From contig NIVC01000040.1 of the NCBI GenBank assembly GCA_002269645.1, positions 496,001 through 560,000 on the forward strand: a stretch of 64,000 bases of DNA, written 5' to 3'. The notes beneath the pieces were generated by a model, which did not search any database, was not told where the DNA came from, and saw only the letters and a program-made list of their open reading frames with translations. Each line of letters opens with the position of its first letter. Position 1 is the stretch's first letter. The DNA is from Macrostomum lignano. Its lineage: Eukaryota. Position numbers and translations under genes: made by a program. Shown piece by piece: positions 1-34,860 of the stretch.

Positions 1-739
1 TGCTCACCGATGCCGGCACAGTAGGCAACGTAGCGCTTGCTGACTCTGTTCATTATCAAGCTCATGCAGGCACAGGACGACTCGAGTAACAACAGAATGC
101 AGATGGTTTGGTACAAATTCAACATGATTTTAATATTAAATTTCTAATAGTGTAGTTGTTTAAAAGATTTTCTTGAATTCTCGATTTTCTTGAAAATCAT
201 TCTCCAGTAGCACGCCTGATCGACTGTTGTCTATGGCTTGATATGAAAAAAACATTCCAGATTATCACAGATATGATAAAAACTATAAACATATGTATAT
301 GGGGTAGAGTTCAAGCCGTCATCGACATGTGGCTATAGCTGGGTGGTTTACACATGTAGGTATAAATATAAATACATTTACGCAAAGTCTTGCGTTTTTC
401 TGCTAGTTTTTTTTCTACAACAATCTTTAACATACATGTATATTACGAGCGTATTAGGTCGTCGAAGGCACATGCATGTACACATGTATAGGCTGATCAT
501 AGAAAATTACTATGATCGATAGCTCGATCACAAATATGTACACGTACGACGTAAGGGATATGTACAGTTTCAGAACCGCACAAGAGAGACTAAGGTGACT
601 CTGGCTTCAGCACTCCCCATGCATCGATCATTATGTGCACGTACATGTGCATCCTGATGTGTTATGTACATCTAGAAGTGCATGCGACTGACCTGCAGTA
701 TCAGACGTATTCGATGTCGTATGTAGGCTCCTGAACAGA

Positions 740-3700
740 TCCATTGTAATTTTACTTGATTAGGTGCAGACTCTGTAGGTCCCCATGTCTGCCGGAGGGG
801 CACGGAACCGCGGCACGAGATTGCTGACAGTTCTGGGTGCCCGCCCAACTGTCCCTGCGAAGGGAATCAGCCCAGTCATCGATCTGACGATTGACGACCG
901 CAGAAGGGATAGGGACCAGAGGAACAGGGCCAGAGAAAGAGCCAGAGACGCCCCTCTTGGCGTGGGTGTCTGCCAGCTGGTGCCCCAGAAACCCTGCGTG
1001 CCCTGGGATCCACTTCAGCCTGACAGTATTGCTACTGGCCATGCAGGAGGTTGAGCTGCCGGGCGCAGTCGGCGATTGTCCGGGAGTTCGTGGTGGTGTG
1101 GCAAAGGGCCTGTAAGGCCGCTTGGCTGTCAGAATGGAAGACGACGTCCCTCCTCTCGTACCCTTGGCATTCAGTTCTGCGGCGCGGGAGATGATAGCAA
1201 GGACTTCGTTCTGGAAGACCATATGGAGAGTCTGCCAGTGTGCTTGGCATGCGTGATAATGAAGTGGCCGTTATTTATGATGCAGACCCAAACGCCAGCG
1301 TGGCCGTCTTTGATGGATCCGTCCGTGTAGCAATCCATTCCGTCCCCGAGGGTATCAGGGGACGGACCAGATGCCACCGTAGCTCTGCGAATGGGGTCAG
1401 GCCGAGAATCATCGATAACCATATTCCAGAGAACTGGAGACAGAACCCCACCTTTCGGGCTACCTTTGCAGACGGGGACTGTCCTCTGGTAGCCCAGCCA
1501 GACTGGCGGTGGCCGAGCGATGGCTGATCACGTACATGATCCACCTGGTGAGATGTGAGTGCGATCGCCTCCCACAGAGAGCTCTTCGGAACGCCTCCAG
1601 GAAGTCCAGGAAGATCCCCAGAGCAAAGCCGTTTCAAACACGGCCTTCTCTAGTTTATCAACCAGGACGGGCAGCGCGCTTTCAGTGGAGCGACCCGCCC
1701 GAAAAGCGTGCTGGTTCTCGCTGAGGGGTTTGTTATTCAGCTCAACAGTGAGAGGCGCCAAAGCACCAGTCTCTCCATCAGCTTGACCAGGGAGGAGGTC
1801 AAGCTGATCGGTCTGAAGGATTTGATAGAATGGTAGTCCGGGCGGCCTGGCTTAGGGATGAAAATCACCTTTGCCTCGGTCCATGCCTGTGGGACATAAC
1901 CAAGCGTGATGCATGCCCGAAAAAGGCTGCAAAGTTTACGCAGGAAGCCTGGGCATTTAACCGCCTCTCTTAGGAGGGCCGGTACAATACCGTCGGGTCC
2001 TGGAGCTTTGAAAGGTTTAAAGGAGTTAGCCGCTCTCACGATGCGGTCCTCCGTGATGATGGAGGCAGCCAGCGCGTGACCTCCCAACCGAGTGATCCGG
2101 AGTGGTCGAGTTAGCTGATTCATTGGGGAAAAACGCAGTGAGCATTACATCAAGCGTTTCCCCTGGGTTGTCCGTGGACGTAACGTCGGTGCGTTTGACC
2201 GAGGGAAGCTTAGACATTTTGTTCAGCGTAAGCGCTTTCACAATTCTGGAGGTGGGGCGTAAGCCCTCTAGCTCCTCGCAGTATTGTCGCCATTTTGAGC
2301 CTTTGCATTCCTAACCTGCCTTTTAAACTCATCGATTGCTTCATGATAGGCGGTTTGGTCCGCTGGGCTCTTAGTTTTAGTAGCTCTGCGGTGGAGTCTC
2401 TTAGCTCTGCGACGGAGGTTGCCGAGCTCGGGATTCCACCACGGCGCGGATTTTTTCCCTTTATAGGCTTTTAAAGGGCAGGATGCCTCAAAGGCGGTGG
2501 TTAGCGTTTCTGTCAACACAGTCGCGCACTCATTCACTTCTTGGCATGACGTGATCGTGGATGGTTGGCCAGGAGACCGATGGAATTCCTTCAGGGCGAG
2601 CCCGAAGGTTTTCCAATCAGTGTTTCTGGCGTTCCGTCTCCACGTAACACGAGTTACGCTACGCGCGGCCATCAGGATGAAGGTGATGAACTTGTGACGA
2701 GAGTGAGATGAGAGTGAGAGTGAGAGAGTGAGGACGCAGGAAGTACCCGCCACGCCGCAATACTCTGGTAGAGTCTGGGTGTTGCGAGCGTGGCGTCGAT
2801 CACTTCCGACCACCGTTGTCAGAAGTGGGGGTGGACCGGTAGAGTTGCAGAACTAGGAGGTCTTCGCCTCTCTGATTAATGCCGGTGCTGCCCCAGTGAG
2901 TATAGTGGGCGTTGATGTCGCCGGCAACCATGGGCTCGTAGTTTTTGGCAGAGCAGAGCTCTACCAGCGTAGCGAGGGTTCTGCATGGGGACGACCGCAG
3001 CATCGCCTGGTAGGTAGACCGAGGCAATGAGGGTGGTCTTCCCAGGAAGCAGGTCCTCGGATTGGATGACGCAGATGTCCCTGTTAGACAGGTCCGCTGA
3101 GCCACGCACTGAGCGTTTTGATCGCAAAGGTGCAAGCTCTGGGAGGCTGATTGGCCTCGCCAAAAACAGTATAAAAAACAGTTTTAGCCAGCAGGGGCGT
3201 TCTGAGGCTTACCTCTAAGAGTCCAGGGTTCCTGGACGAAGATGAGCCCCGGCGTGTCGAGCTCGGCGCAACGCATAAGGTTGACCGAGGCTGCGACGCA
3301 GTGTTGAAGATTAATCTGCAAGCAGTGGATTCCCTGGCTGCTGATCATTATCACGAAGTTGGGGATCGTTGAGCAGGTCATCCTCCTCCTTTTCAGGGGT
3401 GGTTGGCCCGCAGACCTCTATGGGAGATTCAGCGTCCTCGGCAGTAAGGGTGTGTGTGGAGTCCTCCGCGGGCATGAGCCCAGCGTGGACGTTACCGTCG
3501 CCTCCTCTGCGTGCTTCGTGACATCATTACCAGTCCCCTCCGCCTCGTCGGTCAGGTCGATGCGGGTGGTGCCAGCCTCCTGGTGAGTAGCAGACTCGAA
3601 CCAGTCGGTCGGCGCCTCCCCGCCTACAGCCTGGCCTTCTGGCTGTTGGGGTGGAGCGCGAGAAGCGCGGGCCCGCTCACGATACGCCCGGAGGCTCTTG

Positions 3701-5300
3701 GCCTGGTCCAGCGCGCGCTGGATCAGACCGGACCTCCGGGTGCTCCTGGCGGGTCTGCGGTTGCGATTTCCGGTTTCAGCAGCGCGAACTGCCTTACCGG
3801 GCTTGGGGTTGGCCGTTTGCCTCAGCTTCTTTGCCGGAGGAGCCTGGGCCCCCAGTTCCGGTTTCGAAAGGCTCGGCATGCTTGGCTTGATCAGCTTTCC
3901 GCTCCTCGCAACGGAGGATGGTCAGCTGAGTCAGGCCAGATCGAGAGCCCTAGGATCACCGTGGTCCCCTTCTTGCGGAAAGTGGCGTGGTGTAGGAGCC
4001 CGTTGACCTCGAGGTCAGGGTGCAGCTTTAGCAGGATCTGCCTAAGCTGATCTCCGGACTTAATGGCACTGCCAGCCAGGAAGGCACCACTGGGCCTTTT
4101 CCGCTCGCCCTCGCTGGCGAAGACGAGCTTGCCGAGCTTTTTTGGGCCAGTTCAGCTTTGGAAGAAGCTCGCGTAGACTGCGGTCGCTCTCCTCCGAGTT
4201 GCACCAGATGAAGATTGAGCCGTCGGTCTTGGTAGATTTGACCACGCTCACGGGGCGGCCTGCCAGGAGCTGGTCAATGAGCTCAGCATCGATGGTGCGT
4301 CAGGCACTGTCGAGTTCATCGGTAGTGAGGTCTTGCTCTTCCCCGAAGACGATGACCGCCGGTTATAGCAGAGACTTTGAGACTTTTGAGGGGTAGTTAT
4401 TTGTGGCGGCTCCCGAAGGCCCGGCCGCGCCGGTTGCAGGTTTGCTGGGTAGCACACCGGCGGGGGTTGTTTCCTGGGGGGCAGCTAGGGATCGCTGTGG
4501 CTCCTTTCAGCCCAAAAGCAGCCTTGCTCTCCTTATAGGTCCCTCCGCAAGTGGCCAGCCCGCAGCTTCCCCGTCCCGTTGTCGCCGTCGCCGCTCATTG
4601 CAGCGTTGGTTGTAGGCACGTCGGGCCTCCACGGAGGGCCCCGGTGTGCGTGCGGGCTTGTCGCCAGGCTTGTGCGGGCTTGTGGGGCGGCGCTGGCACC
4701 AGAATCACCGGCCGGAGTTTCCGGGGTCCCGGCTTCAGCGGGATTTTTTGGGGCGGTATAGAAGCCAATGGCTGAAAGCGTGAAGGAGTGAGCTGAGTCA
4801 TGGAAGAAAGGAGAAAAAAGAAATAAAGAAAACCGCAAGCGGCCGGTTCATTTAGCTCCACGACCTTCCAGCCCCTCGACGCGGTTTACATCTTAGGGAT
4901 TTAGAGGGCAGCGATTAGCAGTGCCTAACTGCGTACCCTGTTGCGGTCAAAGGGTGGCACCTTTACCTCAGAGCCGTAGCCAGATCGGGCACCTGATCGA
5001 TAACGCACAGGTAAGCGCACCGGGAAAATCCTGTACCCTAGCTTAGCGGCCAATTAAGGTCCAAGGCCAAAGCCCTGGAAGAGTGACCGGTGCCGTTTCT
5101 CAGTCTGTCCAGTGGCCCTAAGGTCCACCTTTGAACTCTTGCAGGACGCGTACCCCTTGGGTCGGCTATACTAGTAGTGTAGCATGAAGATTAAAACTCC
5201 AGCCATGCCTGCTTTAAAAAGAGGATTAGCAGGTGTGAAACATCGCAGACCATAGCCAGTAGGCCTAGTCTGGTTCTTATTTCACAGGTCTGCTGCACCT
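740..5300 (-). mobile_element. Decayed near-full-length non-LTR retrotransposon with ORF1, APE endonuclease, reverse transcriptase and RNase H (I/LOA-like group)
   Basis: Minus-strand fragments in canonical order: ORF1 remnants (~4600-3400); APE (QINLQHC, FVQEPW, GDINAHYTHWGS, 3380-2800); SAPWWNPEL; RT (KAPGPDGI, FRPISLTSSLVKLMERLV, SENQHAFRAGRSTESAL, 2123-1530); RNase H (CYTDGS, FHSDSQAAL, KWIPGHAG, 1420-950). Many frameshifts and deletions. The 5' boundary is approximate. Confidence 0.9.
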
Positions 5301-6830
5301 ACTGCTGCGAGCCAAATTGTACGAATAGTAGTACATTGGTTCAGTAACAACGTGTATAGGACGATAAGATTAGGTAAATTTGCGTAGACATTCTAATAAA
5401 ACGAACCTAGTAATCACATATCATAAAATCACAGTAACAGCATATCTATTTGAATGAGCAAATATCTAACTTTTTGCACCCAAGCCGACACAATATAAAA
5501 CTCTACTACCTAAAACTACTGTAGAGCATCCAAATACGTATTTTTAACAGTTGTCCATGATTTTTAATTCTGCTTTCTCAAAACTGCGATTTCGAATGAG
5601 TAAATATATTTTGTGTACGTTCGGTGGCCTATGGACTAATTAAATAAAATAAAGCATACTGAAGTTTAAATTATTTGATTTGTTATTTGATCGAAATTAG
5701 TTTGGCTATCAAAATTTTTATTGATAAAGTGTTCCGGATTTTCTTGTCAGTAAAGCAAAATTTAATAAACTTATTTGTTCAGTACAGTAGCTTTGAATTG
5801 TATTACCTATTTTGTTGCTAAAAAAGAAGTTTATTTTTATTTCATTAATCATATATGCGTCATATTTTTAATTACACTAGAAACCTGTTTTAAACTGCTC
5901 ATAGTGTGATAATTTTTTAGCTTCTCCCAGCACTCAACTTACTTAGCATTTGCATTTTTGAAAAAGGAAAATGATACAATATTTATACTACGGGTTTATT
6001 ATATCATTCGGCATCTTGACAAAAAAGTGAATCGTAGAATGAACATGGCTTTTTGTTTTTAAGGATCTGCAATTTATAAAAAGTATAATTCTGCGACTCT
6101 GTAGAGCAAAAGGCATGCCATGATATTTGTCAATTTTTCGGCCTTTTATACTGTGTTAAGAACTTTATACTGGATTAAATAAAGAATTATTTACTTGAAA
6201 TGCATTTTTATTTTCCGTAGTTGTTCTAATTCTTCCTTGTATATATGTATATACAAGGAAGAATTATTTATTTATTTATATATAAGAAGGATGCAGTTCA
6301 CCTGCGGCTCTGTGCTTTAAAATAATTTCACTTTGGAGGGTATTAGGAGAAGTATTAGAAAGTACGCCCTCCTATGCATTTGAAAGACCGCATTTGATCA
6401 GTTCTTATGATGAATGGCTTTATCCAATATATGCGTGGTGTTTTGCTACTTTAATTGTTTCAGACCAATCTAATATAGGAGATGATGAATAGTGATACAT
6501 ATGTAGTTTAGTTTTAATATTAAAAAGTTATTACACTAGACATATCTATACGTCTTTTTTATATTTATGTCTATAGTTTCTAGCAAAAAAAACTTACAGA
6601 AGAGTTACTTAATACTTATAATTATTGGAAACGTAATATGAATGAAGCGATCTAGTCGACTGTTTCACAGGTTAAAAAACTGTAGTATATTACTATACGC
6701 TAGCTGCTCGTACTACTAGTTCAACTCATTGCTGTTAAACTTCAGAAATCGAGTCAAATAGCTTTTCGGACTAAAAACTTCATTCGTCCAGCCGTTCGGG
6801 CGCGACATCGGTTGATAGGCAATATAACAA

Positions 6831-27799
<20,969 letters not shown>

Positions 27800-29103
27800 A
27801 TTGACAATGGATACGGTCATGAACGACTCAAGTAGAAAAATTACATGTAGAAGGAGCAATGTAACATAGAGCGACATAGAACGACATGTGTAAGGAAGAA
27901 AACTTAGTTTCTTAGAAGATCGTTGAGAGCTCTCTTTTGCACGAAAAATAGTGATACTATTGGAAGTACTTTGCATATGCATACCGAATCAGGCGGCTAT
28001 ATTGTAGACTACTTCGTATTTACGCTCGTAGTTACCTAGCTGGACCAGACCATATAATCCTGGGTGTAAGAAGTTTCTATTAAGCACAGGACCTCAATTA
28101 AGTTTTAGACGATTCTTCAACAGAAATCAGGGCATATACGTGTGCGTGAAGACACCCAAAACTGTAATCAGTTTAACCATATGGGGTTTACAATTTACCG
28201 TTTCGCAGATTTTCTTTTCCGTTTTCGAATTAAACATTTTGTGTAATTATCTGTGTTCAGTCACCGTGTCCTGCTTTTTTATTTGTATATCAGAAATCAC
28301 ATATCCTTATTGTAGAATTTTATCACTAAAAATCGAGCTTTCGAGACCTATTTTACAGTTTACTATAAAAATGACCTCATCTATGCGTCATTCAAGCTGC
28401 TACTATAGTTATAGTAACTCAGCTAGGTACTTCAAGTTCTGCACCTGTGCGAAGCGTTTTTGAAAGACACAGTAATAACGAGCATATTTAACCTTATTTA
28501 GTTCAATTTCGGTAATGAGCTAATCTCTTAACTTAATAAGAAATCGTTAATTACTACTTCTGAACTCAAACAAAGTATTATACAGCCTACTGAGCATCTG
28601 TTTTGGCTTGCTTGGATTAATAAATGTATTTATAATAAGATTGCATACTATATTGTTTTCGCGTTTTATGCACTGTAATTACTTACTTTCTTGAGTTTCA
28701 TGAGTCGCTGTCAGACTAGCTACCAATGAGAGTCAGAGGCTTCATGTATTGCTGTCAGACTAGCTACCAGCGTGAGTCAGAGGTTTCATGTGTCGCTGTC
28801 AGACTAGCTATCAATCAGAGTCTGAGTTTTCATGAATCGCTGTCAAGTCTGATGTTAAAGTGTAATTTTCTTTCATGAAGTTACAGAAGCAGCTCACAGG
28901 CGTGGTATACTCTATTGGATATAATTTCTAAGAAAAACAGCAACCTGGGAACACCAAGAAGTTCAAATTTACGTTTATAACGTCTGGGAACAAAATTGTA
29001 TTTGCAGTACTTGCTGTGCAGCAACATGGTAAAATACGAGCCAGCAACTCTTAAATTGTTTTAAAGAAAAAATTAATTTAGCAAACAAGCAACAGTTTGC
29101 TTG

Positions 29104-30432
29104 TCAGACTAAAACCAGATCGAATACTTCCATTCCCACGAAACCTTGGCATCTGTTGCCGAAGCCACCGTCCACGCAGGGAAAGACGTTGCAGAGATCC
29201 GCAGACTGATAGGGCAGACCATAGACTATGCGATCGCCGCAGTAGCACCACCTGTGATCGGCGATGCCAAAGTAATTGAACGGCTTGGATTTTCTCGCCG
29301 TCAAGCATTCTCTCATGCAGGTTGCCTGGCTCATTTCGGCCAGGGGTCCCGCCACCTCCAGTTCTAGCACGGGAGGCAATTCGTCCGACAACAAATAGCA
29401 GCCTTTTGGAACGGCTGGAGTGCCAAAAATGGAAAAGAATAAATTTAGAGCATGATTCATTGTTGTGGACTTTGTAAACTTTTATGTAGACAGGATCCTA
29501 GTACTAGCTTAATAGCAGTTTTTATACAGTCGTCCGTCGAGTAGAAGGTAGTGCCGTCGAGTAGCTTACCCAGACCTCCTAAGCTTGTCTGTATCTGTTG
29601 TTATAGCCAGTATAATAGCATGGGCGGGAGGAGCTTGCGGCACCGGGGACACGTGCCCCCCCCCCCAGAAAATGAGTCCACGCGGCACAAATCTATTGTG
29701 CCCCCCCCTGAATTTTTTAGTTTTTGATATTTTAGTGCTTAGTATTACGGGATATTGGTAATTTTTAGTGATTTTTCTGATTTTAGGCCCTAAAGAAGCT
29801 TATAGCGCTATAGGGACACCTGTGCCCCCCCTTGCCCTGTGCCTCGTGCCCCCCAAAAATATTAGGCTCCGCCGCCCCTGTATAGGCTGTTGACTAGTGA
29901 ATGAAGACGACTCTTCAAAGGTGGGACAAAGATTATATTGTATTTGCTTATTATTCTTTTATGAGATATTACGAATTAAGAGCTTAAAATTGCCTATAAT
30001 GGCTATATTTATAATTTTATTTAGAAAATATATATTAACTATACATAATTTAATTTAAACAAAGTCTATCATCTATATATAATTCAATTTTTAAAAATTC
30101 TATTATCTATATATTATTTAATTTAAACAGAGTCTATTATATATTTGATTTAATTTAAACAAAGTCTATTATCTATATATAATTTGATTTAAATAAAGTC
30201 CAATAAAGACGCTTAAGACGAGAATAATAGGCAATCAGTGCACTAGTGCCATTATACAATTTTTATAAGATATTACTCAGATGTGTTAATTCTGCTTATT
30301 CTGCTCATTTAAACAAGAGAATTCCGACGTTTAAAAAGCTCATATGAGTCCAAGTGTCTCACCTTTGACAATGGCTGCAAATACGCCCTCAACAGAGAGA
30401 AGAACAATCAGAGTCAGAGCTGAGCACTGCAT
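29104..30432 (-). CDS. Secreted single-WSC-domain protein (WSC gene A), ~126 aa
   Basis: Exon 1 30432-30363 (MQCSALTLIVLLSVEGVFAAIVKG|gtgag, phase 1, signal peptide); exon 2 29414-29104 (cag|..AVPKGCY...CMREC...FGI...CYCG...C...C...CQG, stop). Confidence 0.8.
29619..29880. mobile_element. Probable short non-autonomous element with GC-rich inverted ends, in the intron of WSC gene A
   Basis: catgggcgggaggagc versus gctccgccgcccctg, with internal gtgccccc repeats. Confidence 0.4.
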
Positions 30433-31092
30433 CACAGTTGGCTTGTTAATTACTGAACTTTGTTGGTCCTGGATCCGTGCTTCATTATTAGTGATATGAA
30501 GCTTGACGTGAGAGCCTTTATCTGTCTTGTGCATTCAAGTTATAGCCATGATTTAACCATAGACTATGGTTTGTTCATAGATAATAAGTGAGTACACTGG
30601 AGACCAAAGAGTAGAGAACACTGCTTCAACTGGAGACTTGGAGTCTTGACTTGACATGAATTTCCAACCCAGAATTCAAGCGCACCCAGACTAAAGACGA
30701 AATTTCACAGACCAAAGATCCCTTACGAGAACAGGACCTGCCGAGGGCCTGAAAGTGAAGCTAACTGTTAAAGTTATCTGTAGATACAGACTGTAGACAT
30801 TGACGACTAAAAAAAGAAATCAATCAAGTTTTAATAAGCCATTTATATTATTTCGAAATTTATGGGCAATTTCACAGTGTAATTTTTGTAAATAGCTGAA
30901 ATGCTATTCCTGGGGGAATCGCTGAGATATCAAGGTGCCAAGACGCCAAGGGTCAAAAGGAGTGTAAGAGTTTAGATTAAGCCATGGGTTGAACGGAGGC
31001 TTCAATGCCGAAGCTGAAAAGAGATGCTGATATCCGGTCTCTCTATCGAGTCCTCTAAAACGTCACAATAGCAATCCGGCCCGCTCAAGGGC

Positions 31093-34000
31093 TTGTCTCT
31101 TCTCAGCTCTCTTCTCTCCTCTCTTATCTCCAATCTATTCTCTCTCCCCTCCTCTCTTCTCTCCTCTTTTCCTCTCTCAAGCCAGCAGCCATGCACTAGA
31201 TTTTTCGCTCGTATGGACTTGATTCAGCTGCAGGGGGCTCCGTGCATCCGGATGCGGCAGGGAGGCGTCGCCGCCCATTTCGCTAACCCCTGGCGACTAC
31301 GGGCAGCTAGTGCTGCCGTGTCCGCGCAGGGAGTTCCGGTGGTGCCGGTGTCCGCAGCGCGGTCCCCCTCCGGAGAGTCTAGGAGGTGGATAGTCACTCG
31401 CCCGGTAGCCCTTAGGTAGCGGACGAGCAGGCAGAGACTCTCAGGTCTGAAACCGTCGGAGAGGTCCGAGTTTGGCCGAGATAGGTGAGCCTGTCCTGAG
31501 TAAAGCCGGGCATTCACAGATGAAGTGCTCCGCATTCTCGACACCGAAGGGGCATAATGGGCATTCTTCACTACGGATTTTTCCCTGGAGGTAGCGATGC
31601 CTGGCAAAACAGCCATGACCTGAGAGGGCCATGGTCACCGCCCTGATGTCCCTGCGGTTGAGTCCAACCAGGGCCTTGCGCAGAGCGGAGGAAGAACAGG
31701 GGACAACGGCGCTGGATTGCCGGCAGTCGGGGGCGTTAGCCCACCTCGCCCTGTGCTTTGAAGCCATCCACTGGTTGATCTGAGTGGTTACAACGGCGGT
31801 GGGGGTGTGGGCCACGGGCAGGGGACTAGTAAAAGAACCGGTCGAGCGAGCCTTGGCCAGGCGATCGGCCAGCTTGTTGCCGGGGTGGCCCGAGTGCCCG
31901 CGGATCCACCTTAGGGACACCTTGTTAGAGGCGTCTAAGCGGTTGAGCTGCCCAATGCAGTCAAGGACTGTACGCGAGCAGGTGGTGTTGCGCTCAAGGG
32001 CGTGGATCGCGGTTTGATTGTCCGAGTGAAATGTATTCTTCTTCCCCCAGAAACGCTCAATTTACAGCTCCATGGCGCAGAAGCTGATAGCGAGAACTTT
32101 GTTCTGGAAGACGGTGGAGCAGGTGCCGGTGTGCTGGAAGAAGATCGCCATGGCTCTCCCTCCAGACACGATGCAGAAGCCGTAGCCAGAGGCGGAGTTG
32201 ATTTGAGACCCATCAGTGAAGCAGTGGATTTCATAGGGTTTCCAGTTGTTCCTTGCTTCATGACGTGGTGAAATGCTGGTTTTGAATTTGAGCGGAGGGC
32301 AGAGCGTGGACGGGATTCCGTCCGAGAGGGTCAGCAGGCCTCCCGCTGCTTCCAGGTCTCGCAGGCTGAGGTCGCCATGCGGCGGGAGGTTCCGCTTTCT
32401 GAAGGCGAACTGCTTCTGGATGGGGACACCCGCGCCAAGCAGACGGCGGGTGGTCTGCATTGCCTCTCCTTTGAAAAAGAAGTCAAGAAGGAATGCCCAG
32501 GAAGGAGTTCATGCCAGCAAAGGGCGTAGAGGAAGTCGCGCTCATTATAGCTCAACAAGCACGGCCTTGCTCCCTATTGAGAGCTTCAAGAACGCCTTTT
32601 ACCTCTAGGGCACTGTTCCAAATTAAGCCGGCGAAGATGGCCGGTCTCAAGATGGCAGTGAAATCCACCAGAGGCGGCGAAGGTGAGGCCCCAGCTAGAG
32701 GTAGCGCCGAAAGCCGAGAGAGAGTCGCGAGAGCTTTGCGGGCTTTGGTTTGGACATGTGAGGTCCAGCTCAACCTGTGGTTGAGGGTGACGGCCAGACG
32801 TCTGGTTTGTTTCTCTATAGCAACGGTTTGCCATAGAGGGAGGGCGGTTTGATCCTCCAGTTTCGGCGGCTAGTAAACATGATTAGCCACGGTTTTAGAC
32901 TCAGAGAACCTGAGACCGCAGCTACGTGCCCAGCGCTCAGCACAGTGGATGAAGGCTTGGAGGAAGTCTCTGAGGACCGCGGGTGATGGTCCAGCCACAG
33001 TGGCGGTAACATCGGCCGCATAGCCAAACTTTTGAACCGGGGCCGGATCCAGGCTGCAGAGCAGCTCGTCCATGACCGAGTTCCAGAGAATCGGGCTGGA
33101 GAGCTTTTCCGCCTTTCTGGTCCTCCACAGAGCGGGAGTGTGCCAGGAAGTGCGAGGTGGCAGTACGATGGGAGACCATGTACATGATCTAGCGGGTGAG
33201 GTGCTCGTGTGTGCCCCGGGATTCCAGGGCCCGCCTAAAAAGCACATTATTGAAAGCACCATCAACGTCGAGGAAAAGGAGAGCGCATATCCACTGCCAA
33301 GCACAGCCCGCTCCAGCTTGTCGACAATGGCGTGCAGCGCACTTTCAATGGAGCTGCTTGAGGGAGAGAGGGGAGTTCCTTCCATTCCGTTCCATCAGTT
33401 TGAGGAAGCAAGACGTCAGACTGATAGGGCGGTAAGCTTTGGCAGAATGATAGTCTTTCTTCCCTGGTTTGGGTATGAAGACTACCTTGGCCTCTTGCCA
33501 GGCTTTTGGAACATACCCGAGGCTAAATGTGGCCTTGAAGAGGTTGCAGAGGAGGCCGAGAAACCTGTCATTTTTAACTACCACATGGAGGAAGGCAGGA
33601 TAAATTCTGTCAGGTCCCGGTGACTTGAAGGGAGAGAAGGGTTTTGCGGCACGAGGTGTCCTCTCTCTGATAATGATGGTCGAAGCCAGGATCCGTCCAC
33701 CCGGAGAGTGGTCCGGTGGGCTTAGCTACGGTGCGGCACGTGGGAAAGAGCTGGTGAGCATGATGTCCAGCGATTTCCCGGGGTTCTCAGCGAGCCGGCC
33801 GTCCGGTCTCTTAATGACTGAGAGCTTTGACATTTTTTCGAGGGTGAGAGCCTTAACCACGCGTGAATTAGGGCGGGTGCCTTCTAACTCAGTGCAGTAT
33901 TGGCGCCACTTGTCCGACTTGGCTTTCCTGGTTTCACGCTTAAAGTCGCGAATCGTATCTTCATAAGCGGCCAGGTCAGCTGGGTCCTTGCTCTTGCGAG

Positions 34001-34860
34001 CTTTCCGTTGGAGGCACTTTGCCTTGCGCCGAAGGGATCCAAGCGCCGGGAGTCACCAGGGGGCGGATTTTTTGCCTTTGTAGGCTTTAAGAGGACAGGA
34101 GGCCTCGTGGGCTTCCAGGACGGTCTTGCTGAGCAAGTCTGCAAGGTCATCCACTTCCTGAACGGTGGTAGGAATGACGGTGGTCAGCTGATCTGTCTGG
34201 CATTTCAGGGTTTCCGTGAAAGCCGTCCAGTCAGTGTTCCGGACGTTCCGTTTCCACAGGATTTGAGGCTTGGGGCAAGAGGATTGCAATTGAAAACGAA
34301 CGAAGCGATGGTCAGAACAGAGACTCCTCTTCGTCCCACACCTCCCAGTCCTTGACCAGAGGAGTCAAACCAGGGGAGATGAGAGTTACGTCGAGGGCCT
34401 CCGTTCATCGCCCGTTGTCAAAGGTGGAGGTTCCACCAATTTTGCAAAACTCGGTGTTGGTGGTGCAGATAGATGTAAGCAAGGAGTTCCTCGCCTCTGC
34501 TGTTGGAGGTATACTGCCCCAGTGGGTGTAGTGGGCTTTGACGTCGCCCGCCACCAGCAGCTCGAACCTACGGTTAGAGCAGTAGTCCACGAGGGAGGTG
34601 AGGAACCGCGGGGCCATCGCCAGGGATGACCGTGCGGTTGGTGATAATGTGCTTGGACTGAATGACACAGAGGTCTGTGTCAGAGAGTTCCGGTCTGTGC
34701 CAAGCTTTGAGAGGGGTAGATACGAATATGGCTTCTCTGGGGTTTTGGGGGTCCTGAAAGCAGTCAAAACTACCAGGGATATTCGGAATGTTACCTTTCT
34801 TCGTCCAGGGCTCTTGAAGTAGGATGATGCCCTGTTTATGATAGAGTGCGACCCATAATT
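31093..34860 (-). mobile_element. 5'-truncated decayed LINE (APE, RT, RNase H, C-terminal CCHC) of the same group as the 0.75-5.3 kb element
   Basis: Minus strand: [97 protein letters not shown]; GA-rich tail at 31093-31170. No ORF1. Confidence 0.9.

Noticed and set aside
4850-5100. HDV-like ribozyme in the LINE 5' UTR (hairpin followed by GCTAAT on the - strand)
   Set aside because: Could not assign P1, P3/L3 and P2 consistently by eye; needs a descriptor search.
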